DNA of 64,000 nt from positions 32,001-96,000 of the IMG/VR virus record IMGVR_UViG_3300045988_091501. The stretch is one strand, 5' to 3'. This stretch comes from a virus. The notes beneath the pieces are model-generated. The model was not told the origin of the DNA. It ran no database searches and saw only the letters and a list, made by a program, of their open reading frames with translations. A program made the translations under genes and the position numbers. Positions 9,491-17,800 of this stretch are shown piece after piece; positions within the stretch are counted from its first letter, which is position 1; each line of letters starts with the position of its first letter.

Positions 9491-9853
9491 ATGAAGAGGA
9501 AAGCAATAAAACAAGGCGAGGTTTGGATGTGCAATTTACCTAAAGGCGAAGATTCAGAGCAAATGGGTGTACGACCATGTTTAGTAATGAGCTTGGACAT
9601 TAGAAATGAAACAAGTTCAAATGTGTTTGTATTCCCCATAACCCACGCCAAGAAAAAAGACCAACCTTGCCATTATATATTATACAAAGAACATTATCCA
9701 TTCTTTACATATAAAGAAAACACTGTGTTATGTGAAGAGGGTAGAAGTATAAGCAAGAATAGATTAGATAGGTGTATAGGTGTTATCTTTGCAAAGGACT
9801 TAGTTGAAATATTGAAATGCAAAGAATTTGTATTTGTTGAAAAAAATGATTGA
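9491..9853 (+). CDS. mazF: MazF/PemK/EndoA-family endoribonuclease toxin
   Basis: From ATG 9491 the protein reads KQGEVWMCNLPKGEDSEQMGVRPCLVMS...VFVFPITH...NTVLCEEGRSISKNRLDRCIG. This parallels B. subtilis EndoA ([27 protein letters not shown]...AAIT...DSVILLEQIRTIDKQRL). Confidence 0.85.
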   Translation: MKRKAIKQGEVWMCNLPKGEDSEQMGVRPCLVMSLDIRNETSSNVFVFPITHAKKKDQPCHYILYKEHYPFFTYKENTVLCEEGRSISKNRLDRCIGVIFAKDLVEILKCKEFVFVEKND

Positions 9854-9878
9854 CAGCCTTCTTTCTTTGTAGTATAAT
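9850..9878 (+). promoter_or_regulatory. sigma-A-type promoter TTGACA-17-TATAAT inside the late operon
   Basis: TTGACA at 9850-9855, a 17-nt spacer, TATAAT at 9873-9878. About 30 nt upstream of the 9909 gene. Confidence 0.65.
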
Positions 9879-9904
9879 AAGACCATATTAAAGAAAGGAG
9901 GCTG
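9854..9904 (+). promoter_or_regulatory. 15-bp hairpin pairing the promoter spacer with the downstream Shine-Dalgarno
   Basis: CAGCCTTCTTTCTTT (9854-9868) pairs with AAAGAAAGGAGGCTG (9890-9904), with one G-U pair. The loop holds the -10 element. The 3' arm contains the SD of the 9909 gene. Confidence 0.55.
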
Positions 9905-9908
9905 TAGA

Positions 9909-10247
9909 ATGATTAAGAAATTCATTGTGTCTTTATCTTCTATCATTGGTATATCTTGCATTATATACTATACAAGTAAATATTATATTGAAAGACAACT
10001 ATGCTTTACAGATAATATGCTCATTCCTTGGACAATTATATCCTCTTGTATCATCGTTGCCTTAATAGTTGGTTTATTTTCTTTATGGAAAGTAGATAAG
10101 ATAGAAAGACAGAATAATGAAATGAAATCAATATTGCTAAAGTTGACAGAAGATTCAGAAGAATATTATGATTCATTATGTCACCACTTGCAAAATAGTA
10201 GAGAATTAAGTTTAGATATTTTTGACAAAATGCAAGAAAGGAATTAG
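9909..10247 (+). CDS. small membrane protein (2 predicted TM segments)
   Basis: AAAGGAGG SD and its own promoter at 9850-9878. 112 aa with two hydrophobic segments and a charged C-terminal tail. Confidence 0.7.
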   Translation: MIKKFIVSLSSIIGISCIIYYTSKYYIERQLCFTDNMLIPWTIISSCIIVALIVGLFSLWKVDKIERQNNEMKSILLKLTEDSEEYYDSLCHHLQNSRELSLDIFDKMQERN

Positions 10248-10249
10248 TG

Positions 10250-10570
10250 ATGAATAATCAGCAAAAATGGTTTAGCCGTAACAACTTTAGTGACAACTAT
10301 GATTATGCTGAAAAGGTGCTAAAGAGGTTTAATCTTGACAAGTATCATTTTGCCTATGATGGTGGTGAACTGGCTTTATTGATTGAAAGTGGATTAAAGA
10401 AATATAAGGTGGTAACTGATGAAGTAGAATGTTTGATGAAGATTTATAGGTGTGATGTTCATGCAAATTTTGGCAAGTACACCAAAGAAAACTTGGTACT
10501 CAAAAAGACGTTTAATGACGATTGTATATGGAATAGTATCAAGTGGATTGCAAAGGATTCAAAATTGTAA
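10250..10570 (+). CDS. hypothetical protein, partner of the 9909 membrane protein
   Basis: ATG 10250 lies immediately after the upstream TAG (the track start at 10247 is GTG). 106 aa. No motif recognised. Confidence 0.65.
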   Translation: MNNQQKWFSRNNFSDNYDYAEKVLKRFNLDKYHFAYDGGELALLIESGLKKYKVVTDEVECLMKIYRCDVHANFGKYTKENLVLKKTFNDDCIWNSIKWIAKDSKL

Positions 10571-10589
10571 TCGTACATAGTTTTTCCTC

Positions 10590-10618
10590 TTGACTTTTCC
10601 TCCTTTATATGGTATAAT
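10590..10618 (+). promoter_or_regulatory. sigma-A-type promoter TTGACT-17-TGgTATAAT
   Basis: TTGACT at 10590-10595, a 17-nt spacer, extended -10 TGGTATAAT at 10610-10618. Upstream of the 10649/agrB-like pair. Confidence 0.65.
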
Positions 10619-10640
10619 GTATATATCAGATAAAGGAGGA
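10598..10640 (+). promoter_or_regulatory. 11-bp hairpin pairing the promoter spacer with the downstream Shine-Dalgarno
   Basis: TCCTCCTTTAT (10598-10608) is the perfect complement of ATAAAGGAGGA (10630-10640). The loop holds TGGTATAAT. A T-rich tract runs up to ATG 10649. Confidence 0.55.
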
Positions 10641-10648
10641 TATTTATT

Positions 10649-11110
10649 ATGTTAAGAGAAATGATAATTGATTTTATGTTGTTTAGTTTTGTAGAAGGAC
10701 TTTTATATGCAATGTTCTTCAACAGAGTGTGTAAATGTAAAAAGTTTAATATATTTGAAATCATTGTAATGAGTATAGGAAATTGTGTGGTATTTTGCTT
10801 ATTTCCACCAATTATCTATCAGATATTTATGATGGGCTGGATGGCATTTTGTTTACATCTAAAGAATGGAACAGACCATACAACATTTCAATATGTTAAG
10901 TATAGCTTTTTAGTTATGGTCGGACAGTTGATAACCGAAATGGTATTTGCTATGTTTTATGATTTTGTTTTAAACATTGATTTTTCTAAAAGTTCACCAT
11001 TAACTGTATTTATTATAATGATTCCAATTAGAGCAATACAGTTTATTATTATATATAAGTTAGGAGGATTCAACATGAAGGGTTGGATGGGTGGAGTAGT
11101 TCGTAAGTAA
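10649..11110 (+). CDS. polytopic membrane protein (~5 TM), upstream partner of AgrB-like gene
   Basis: AAAGGAGG SD and its own promoter at 10590-10618. 153 aa, almost entirely hydrophobic. An in-frame AGGAGG-N6-ATG at 11062-11077 could also initiate an 11-aa peptide, MKGWMGGVVRK. Confidence 0.7.
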   Translation: MLREMIIDFMLFSFVEGLLYAMFFNRVCKCKKFNIFEIIVMSIGNCVVFCLFPPIIYQIFMMGWMAFCLHLKNGTDHTTFQYVKYSFLVMVGQLITEMVFAMFYDFVLNIDFSKSSPLTVFIIMIPIRAIQFIIIYKLGGFNMKGWMGGVVRK

Positions 11111-11136
11111 TTACAACTACAACAAAAGGTCTTGTC

Positions 11137-11163
11137 GGCTCTTCCTAAGAACCGAAGTACATA
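11137..11163 (+). promoter_or_regulatory. imperfect hairpin + GTACATA element
   Basis: CGGCTCTTCCTAAGAACCG, then AA, then GTACATA (11157-11163). ATG 11180 lies 23 nt from the G. Confidence 0.4.
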
Positions 11164-11179
11164 AAAAAGGAGTGTTGAT

Positions 11180-11707
11180 ATGTTAGACAAACTACAATTA
11201 TTTTTGAAGTCTAAAATTGGTCAACCTTGGGCTTATTATATAACTTGTGTTGTCTATCTTATATTAACATTCGGTGGACTAATAGGCATAGGTTATATAT
11301 TTGGTGTTTGGTGGCAAATGCTTGTGTTAGGAATTTGTTTAAGTTGTGTTCGCAGTTACACAATGGGATTCCATTGTCACACAAATGGTAAATGTTTTAT
11401 CATTAGTTCAATAATTGGCATAATGTTCTCTATTATATTACAGACTATTCCTATATGGGTAGTCTTTTTATTATGCTTATATTCTTGTGTAGATATTTAC
11501 AAGAGAGCGCCGATAGAGTTAAATACAGAACATGAAGGGAAAGATGAGGACTGGCATTTCAAAAGGGTTGTATTGATTATGACTATTTATATGGCTATTT
11601 CTCTTATAACATATTATTTTGGATTAGAGCAATTATGTAAATGTGTATTATTAAGTCTTGTAATGACAGACTTATTACTATTTAAAAACCATAAAGAATA
11701 TATATAG
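11180..11707 (+). CDS. agrB: AgrB-like accessory gene regulator protein B (peptide-processing membrane protease family)
   Basis: 175 aa polytopic membrane protein. It contains VRSYTMGFHCHTNGKCFIISS, which matches the AgrB core R-x-x-x-G-G/x-H...C...S. The His-to-Cys spacing is 7, as for S. aureus AgrB H77/C84. Confidence 0.6.
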   Translation: MLDKLQLFLKSKIGQPWAYYITCVVYLILTFGGLIGIGYIFGVWWQMLVLGICLSCVRSYTMGFHCHTNGKCFIISSIIGIMFSIILQTIPIWVVFLLCLYSCVDIYKRAPIELNTEHEGKDEDWHFKRVVLIMTIYMAISLITYYFGLEQLCKCVLLSLVMTDLLLFKNHKEYI

Positions 11708-11720
11708 AGGGGATAGATAT

Positions 11721-12173
11721 ATGGAAGAAAATCAAGAATTACACGACCTTAAAGCCAAGGTTAATAAAATAGAATATACAGAAATCAAAGAATTAAAAGA
11801 TGAAATTCAGAAAGTAAAAATTGATCTTAACACAAATAATATTTTAACAAAGCAATGTATTGAAAGTAATGATAAAATGTCAAATACATTAGATACATTA
11901 AAGGACACAATGATTGAAGTGGCTCAAAGTGTTAATGATAGTAATAAAGTAACATTAGAATTGGCTTCAACAGTAAAAGATTTGAATGATAAAGTAAAGA
12001 ATGTTGAAAGCACAATGGATAAGAAATTTAATGAAGTAAATGAACGAATTGAAGTTATTGATGATAAAGGTAAATTTGATTGGATGCTATTTTTAAAGCA
12101 TAACGCAGTTAGTATTTTGCTTGGAATAGGTGCTTTAATTTATGCTTTGTCACAACTTGGAATAAATCTATAA
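11721..12173 (+). CDS. XhlA-like coiled-coil protein with C-terminal membrane anchor
   Basis: 150 aa. A long heptad-like K/E/N/D-rich region is followed by one C-terminal TM (AVSILLGIGALIYALSQLGI). This is the architecture of PBSX XhlA-type lysis-accessory proteins. Confidence 0.45.
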   Translation: MEENQELHDLKAKVNKIEYTEIKELKDEIQKVKIDLNTNNILTKQCIESNDKMSNTLDTLKDTMIEVAQSVNDSNKVTLELASTVKDLNDKVKNVESTMDKKFNEVNERIEVIDDKGKFDWMLFLKHNAVSILLGIGALIYALSQLGINL

Positions 12174-12185
12174 TGGAGGTAATAC

Positions 12186-12365
12186 ATGGTAACAATAGCA
12201 AGGATTGGCGGTCAAGTTGAACAAGCAACCGCAGAATTATATGGTTTATCTATTGATAATAAGCCTATTAGTGATGATATTCCTAATGCTTCTACATTTT
12301 ATGAGATGGACACAAAGATTGCATTTTTATATGATGCAGAAAATAAACAATGGTTAGAACAATAG
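12186..12365 (+). CDS. small hypothetical protein (59 aa, below the track cutoff)
   Basis: I translated ATG 12186 to TAG 12363-12365 by hand: MVTIARIGGQVEQATAELYGLSIDNKPISDDIPNASTFYEMDTKIAFLYDAENKQWLEQ. GGAGG SD. It fills the gap between neighbouring genes. Confidence 0.6.
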   Translation: MVTIARIGGQVEQATAELYGLSIDNKPISDDIPNASTFYEMDTKIAFLYDAENKQWLEQ

Positions 12366-12374
12366 GAGGGTAAT

Positions 12375-13109
12375 ATGGACATAATTGATATTGTTCTCTC
12401 AAAGAAATATACAGATAAATCATTACAAGGTATTACTGGCGCTTTAGATGGTAAGAATTGTACGATTAAATCAGCCACTAAAACCGATGGTGTCACAACT
12501 GTTATATTCGCATGGACAGCAGATGATGGGACAGAAAAGACAACAACCATTCAAGTTAATGATGGAAATAATGATTACGAAGATTTAATTAACAGACCCA
12601 AAATTGAAGGTGTTGACTTAATTGGTAATCTTACATTTGAAAATTTAGGCGTTGCAAGTGCTACTGATTTAGCACAAACAGATGGACATTTACAAGATTT
12701 GGCAGACTTAGTAGGTAACAAGGCTAATCTACCTATGCCAAATGAAACAGTAGTTGGTAACATTAAACATGTTGATACAAAGATTGATGGTCTAATTGAT
12801 GATAATGCAACTGGAATAACTAAAACATTTTCAAGTGATAAGATTGCAAAGACCTTTGCTACACTTGAAGAAGTAAACGAACGTATACCCCAATATGAAA
12901 TCATGCCTATTGCAACGGAATCTTGTGGTGGTCAAGTGGTTCAATTTATTGGAACAAGCACAAGTGACTATACACATGGATATTTTTATGAATGTGTTCA
13001 AAATGATGGAACATATAAATGGACAAACATAAAAATTCAAGAAAACACTATTACACAAGAACAATATCAAAGTATATTAGATAGATTAGTTGCTTTGGAA
13101 AATAAATAA
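12375..13109 (+). CDS. tail-fibre/receptor-binding-like protein
   Basis: GGAGGG SD. 244 aa. Fibre-like strings (INRPKIEGVDLIGNLTFENLGVAS, VVGNIKHVDTKIDGLIDDN) and a C-terminal coiled-coil tail. Confidence 0.5.
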   Translation: MDIIDIVLSKKYTDKSLQGITGALDGKNCTIKSATKTDGVTTVIFAWTADDGTEKTTTIQVNDGNNDYEDLINRPKIEGVDLIGNLTFENLGVASATDLAQTDGHLQDLADLVGNKANLPMPNETVVGNIKHVDTKIDGLIDDNATGITKTFSSDKIAKTFATLEEVNERIPQYEIMPIATESCGGQVVQFIGTSTSDYTHGYFYECVQNDGTYKWTNIKIQENTITQEQYQSILDRLVALENK

Positions 13110-13134
13110 TAAACAGAAAGGAGGCTCATAGAAG

Positions 13135-13308
13135 TTGACAACGGATGATTATTTGTCTAAAATTAGCAAACGGTCTGACAGATTTGGTTCACAATTAAAC
13201 AAACTTATGGATTTTTGTGGAGTAGATTGTTTAGTAGACGTTAGTTATGATATGGCAAAAATGTTTTACGAAAAAATGGTCAGAGAAAATATAGATGATA
13301 GTATTTAA
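13135..13308 (+). CDS. small hypothetical protein (57 aa, TTG start)
   Basis: AAGGAGG at 13118-13124 is followed by TTG 13135. Hand translation: MTTDDYLSKISKRSDRFGSQLNKLMDFCGVDCLVDVSYDMAKMFYEKMVRENIDDSI. An intrinsic terminator follows. Confidence 0.45.
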   Translation: MTTDDYLSKISKRSDRFGSQLNKLMDFCGVDCLVDVSYDMAKMFYEKMVRENIDDSI

Positions 13309-13332
13309 TGTTAGCTTCTATGAAGCTGATTA

Positions 13333-13362
13333 TGGAGAGGTGGAGACATCTCTCCATTTTTT
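13333..13362 (+). terminator. intrinsic terminator closing the accessory island
   Basis: ATGGAGAG-gtggagacat-CTCTCCAT followed by TTTTTT. Confidence 0.7.
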
Positions 13363-13368
13363 AATTTA

Positions 13369-13396
13369 GGATGGGTAAGACACCCATCCGTACATA
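13369..13396 (+). promoter_or_regulatory. hairpin + GTACATA element
   Basis: GGATGGGT-aaga-(C)ACCCATCC followed directly by GTACATA (13390-13396). ATG 13413 lies 23 nt from the G. Confidence 0.45.
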
Positions 13397-13412
13397 GAAA
13401 GGGGAAAATATT

Positions 13413-13778
13413 ATGAAATTAAATAGGAATTACTTAACAAGCACTGAACTTATGGATATTGTAAAGGAATTAGTTCAACATAATAATGTAGTTGAAAGAG
13501 AAATTATCAAGATTGCTATGTTGGTTCAAATATTAACTGATTGTGAGAAAAAGGAAACAGCTAATGACTATTATGATGAATATGTCCAACAAAAAGATAT
13601 AGACTTTGAAATTGATGTATGCAATGCCTATATGGTTGATAAATTAGTAGATAAGGAATTATCCATTGACCATTTATTAAAATCATTTATGGAAAATCTA
13701 AGCAAGCAATTAAATGGATTTGATTTGAATGAAAGTATTGACAAACTTAAAGGTGTGATGAGTAATGACAATAAATAG
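13413..13778 (+). CDS. hypothetical protein in tail-assembly-chaperone position
   Basis: 121 aa, acidic. Preceded by the hairpin-GTACATA element and a GAAAGGGG SD. The assignment rests on position only. Confidence 0.6.
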   Translation: MKLNRNYLTSTELMDIVKELVQHNNVVEREIIKIAMLVQILTDCEKKETANDYYDEYVQQKDIDFEIDVCNAYMVDKLVDKELSIDHLLKSFMENLSKQLNGFDLNESIDKLKGVMSNDNK

Positions 13779-14259
13779 CTTTGCTGGATTGCAAGCACAA
13801 GTAACAATTAAATTAGAACAAGCTATTGATTTAACTATGAAACATTTTGAGCAAGAATTATATAATTGTATTCAAAGTGAAGTATATAGTTATGACCAAG
13901 AGTGGTATATAAGAACAAATGAACTACTTGATAATTGGGAAATTATTACTACAAAAAGTAAAAATTCTGTTGAAAGCGAATTGTCGTTTAGTAAACCAAT
14001 AAGCCATAGCGGAAGTCCATTATTTCAACATGGATTTGAATTTATCAATGGTGGCAATACATTTTTAAGTAATCAATCATTGCTAGAAATAATTGAAGAT
14101 GGGAAAATAGGTGCTATTGCTAATTTCCCACAAATAGGAAGTAGACCGTTTTGGTCGGAATTTTGGAAAATTGTAGATAGAGATTTAAACAAGGTATTTA
14201 TACAAAATTGTCAATCTGTTGGCTTACCGATTCAACAAGGACAATTTAGTTATAGTTAA
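13765..14259 (+). CDS. hypothetical protein in tail-assembly module
   Basis: 164 aa. Its own ATG lies 14 nt inside the upstream ORF, after AAAGGTG. No motif recognised. Confidence 0.6.
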   Translation: MTINSFAGLQAQVTIKLEQAIDLTMKHFEQELYNCIQSEVYSYDQEWYIRTNELLDNWEIITTKSKNSVESELSFSKPISHSGSPLFQHGFEFINGGNTFLSNQSLLEIIEDGKIGAIANFPQIGSRPFWSEFWKIVDRDLNKVFIQNCQSVGLPIQQGQFSYS

Positions 14260-14271
14260 AGGAGAAAAGAT

Positions 14272-14796
14272 ATGATAACTTTAGGGTTAGATATGAGTAG
14301 TAAGAAAAGTGGTTATAGTCTTTTCAATGATAAAGAATTAAAACTATACGGTCTTTGGGAAATACCTGAAGATATTACTGAATGGCGTGATAGAATTGTG
14401 TGGATGGGCAGACAGTTGGATAGTTTTGTAAAGGAACACAAAGTAGACCAAGTGTTTGTAGAAGATGTTCCTTTGTCTATGGCTAATCCACAAACATTGA
14501 AAATTCTATCAGCATTACAAGGAATGATTATATCCGTGTGTATTCTTAATAATCTTAAAGTATCATTTATTGGAGTGTCACAATGGAGAAGTGCTCTAGG
14601 ATTATTTACAGGCACAACAAAAGGCATGACAAGAGCAGAAATGAAGAAATCAAGTATTGAATATGCTAATAAGACATTTGATTTAGATTTGGTATGGAAG
14701 AGTAAGACAAGCAAGTTTAATCAAGATGACTCTAGTGATGCGATAAATGTGGCTTGGTCACAGTTGATTGATAAGAAACAATTTGGTCGGAGGTGA
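14272..14796 (+). CDS. RuvC-like Holliday junction resolvase
   Basis: 174 aa. N-terminal ITLGLDMSSKKSGYSLF (catalytic Asp context), then VFVEDVP (Glu), then a C-terminal DDSSDAINVAW (Asp) pattern. These are typical of RuvC-fold phage resolvases. Confidence 0.7.
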   Translation: MITLGLDMSSKKSGYSLFNDKELKLYGLWEIPEDITEWRDRIVWMGRQLDSFVKEHKVDQVFVEDVPLSMANPQTLKILSALQGMIISVCILNNLKVSFIGVSQWRSALGLFTGTTKGMTRAEMKKSSIEYANKTFDLDLVWKSKTSKFNQDDSSDAINVAWSQLIDKKQFGRR

Positions 14797-14800
14797 TTAG

Positions 14801-17800
14801 ATGGCTTTACAAGATTTTACACTTAATTTAAAAGCCAATGCTGATGCTTTAGACCAATCAATTAAAAAAGTTACGGATAGGACTTATACAGTTAAATTAA
14901 AACCTGATGGTAGTTCTATTAGAACATTAACTCAAGACGTTACAAGTGCTGATGGTAAATTACAAGGTTTAGTTAAGACCATGACTAAATTTGATGCACA
15001 AGGAAGAGAATTAAATACAACTATTACTCAAAGTGCAAAATATGTTAAAACATGGGGTCAAGAATTTAGTGATTCATTCGGCAAGGTCTTGAGATTCGGT
15101 ACAATTACGGCTATTATTGGAGCTTTTACGAAAGCTATGTATGAAGCTGTTGATGTTGTAAAAGAATTTGATGATGCTATAACTGATTTAAGAAAAGTTT
15201 CTGATTTAGAAGGTCAAGCATTAGATGATTATACGAAAAAACTAGGAGAATTAGGAGAAACCGTTGCGAGGACGAGAGTTGAGATGGTTCAAAATGCAAC
15301 GATTTTCAAACAAGCTGGTTACTCTGATGACGATGCGGCAACATTGGCTAGAGTAGCTGCCCTCTATCAGAACGTAGCGGATTCAGAGGTATCTGCTCAA
15401 GAGGCAGGACAGTTTGTTGTATCACAACTTAAAGCGTATGGATTAGCCGCTTCTGATGCCGCTAGTATTGTTGATAAGTTAAATGCTGTATCTAATAATT
15501 ATTCCGTTTCTAACAGTGATTTAGCGATTGGTTTAACTAAATCAGCCGCCGCATTGCAGACATTAGGAAATACACAAGATGAAGTCATGGGCTTATTAAC
15601 GGCTGGTACTGAACAGCTTACAGGTCAAGCATCCAAAGTTGGTAAGGGATTACAAACAATCGGTATCAATATTGCACAAGTAGCAACAGAAGCAGGAGAA
15701 CTATCATATGAAGTAGGAAATACTACAAAGACAATTTCTTTATTAGACGAAGCCACTGGTGATATGCGCTCCACTTTTGATGTTCTTAGCGATATTGTAA
15801 AAGATTGGAATAGTATGACCGATGCTCAACAAACTGCAATATCAAATGCTTTGGCTGGTAAGACGAGATTCGATGTGTTCGCCGCAGTTATGACCCGTTT
15901 TGACGATGCAATATCAGCTACTACAACATCTATGAAGTCATTTGGCAGTGCAGAAGAAGAAAATGCAAAATACATGGAAAGTATGTCTGCTAAAATTGCT
16001 TTATTAAAGCAACAATTTCAAGAGCTTGTATTGGGTGATGGCGGTCTTGAAAAAGTAGGCAAGATATTTTTAGACTTAGGCATAAATACATTAAAATTAG
16101 TTAATGATTTAGGTGGTCTTAAAACTGTATTAGTTGCGTTAGTTGGTGTAATTGCCACAATAAAGGCTGATTCAGTATTAAACGGATTAACAAAAATAAC
16201 AAATATTATTCCTAATTTAATAGCAAATGTTGGCAAATTGGGAACAGTGTTTAATCTTATTGTATCTTCCCAAATTGATGAAGCATTATCTGGTGGTGCT
16301 ATTCAAGCAATGTCTTTATCTCAGGCATTGCAAGCGGCTGGTGTCTCTGCTAGTGTAGCTCAAATTGCAATAGGGGGTTTATTTGCGGTATTAACTGCTG
16401 GTATTGCTATATATAGTCGTTTAAAACAAGAGCAAGAACAAGCAACACAAAATGCTATTGACAGTGCAAATAGTTTTAAATCATATAGTGATACATTAGG
16501 TAATACTTTAAGTAAAATACAAAGTGAATCTACAACAAAATCACAACTTCTTGAAATCAATAAATCATTAAATGATTCTTATGATAATGAATCTGAAAAA
16601 TTAAAAGATATAAATGATTTAAGGGCTGAGAATGTTGAGCTATTACATCAAGAGGCAGTTGCTAGAGCAGAACAAACTCAACATGAAATTGGAGCAGAAG
16701 CAACAAAACAAAGAAGATATTTACAATCTTCTAATATAGGTCAAGAATCTGATTATGAAAGGGTAGAAGGATTAACAGGAACTCCAGAAGAAAGACTTAA
16801 AAAGGCAACTGGATCATTAAAAGAATTTGAAGCAAATCAAGAAAATTTAAGTAATGCTGAATTGAGAAGATATTCCGCTTTAAGTTCTTATTATAATAAA
16901 TTAAGTGCCGATGTTGAAAATGCTAAGAATGTTGTAGAAACTTATGATGAGGCACAAAAAATAGCCAACTCATCAACAGATGAATGGTCTAAAACAGTAC
17001 AAGAAAATTCAGCAGAATTAGAAAATCAAGGAAGCCAAGTTCAATTCACTGATGAAGAAATACAACAATATGCAGATGATATGGGTATTTCTTTTGAGGA
17101 AGCTAAAGATCAATTAAAAAGTTTCAATGGTGGAATTGATGATACCGCTACAGATATTGATAAATTAGCGAAATCAATAGGTGTATCAGTAGACGAACTT
17201 CAAAATTTTGCTGATACAATGGGTCTTTCTATTGACAGTGCGGCAGAAATCCTTCCTAGATTCAACGAATGGAATGAAGCTGTTGATGATATTCAATCAT
17301 CTTATGAAGTTTTAACTCAGGCAGTTGAGGAATATAATGAACAAGGTGGCTATACCACTGATACTCTACAACAACTATTAGCTTTAGACCCAGCTTATCT
17401 TGCGGCTTTACAAGAAGAAAATGGTCAATTAACAATCAATACACAAATGTTAATGACTAAAGTGCAAGCACAAGCAGAAGAAGCTAAACAAATCATTTAT
17501 AATACTGCAATAGAAAAATTAAATGCTGTTGCTAGTGGTGAAGCCGGTAATGCTACGGAGACAGCAGGGCAACAACATAATAATGCTGTAGCTGGAATTG
17601 ATGCTGAAACTGGTTCATTAAATGAAAATACTAAAGCTAAACTAGCTAACGCAGTGGCAGAAGCTAGAGGTCGTGGAGGCGGTGCGTCTGAGGGTGAAAT
17701 AAACAAAATTTTGTCTGAGATGACCAATCAATTAAAAGCGGTTGACAATTGGGCGAATACTACTGCGAAAAATTTCTCTAAAGGTATGGGAAAAGCCGCA

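Noticed and set aside
10957-11190. A minus-strand 77-aa ORF between the 5-TM gene and the agrB-like gene, considered as a hidden AgrD-like precursor.
   Set aside because: It is on the wrong strand relative to the promoter at 10590. It overlaps the coding sequence of both neighbours, and it has no AgrD-like layout of amphipathic leader, Cys-containing core and acidic tail.
13413-14259. A programmed frameshift (G/GT-type) joining the two ORFs in chaperone position.
   Set aside because: The second ORF is in the +1 frame rather than the -1 frame. It has its own ATG and an AAAGGTG SD inside the 14-nt overlap. I see no slippery heptamer.
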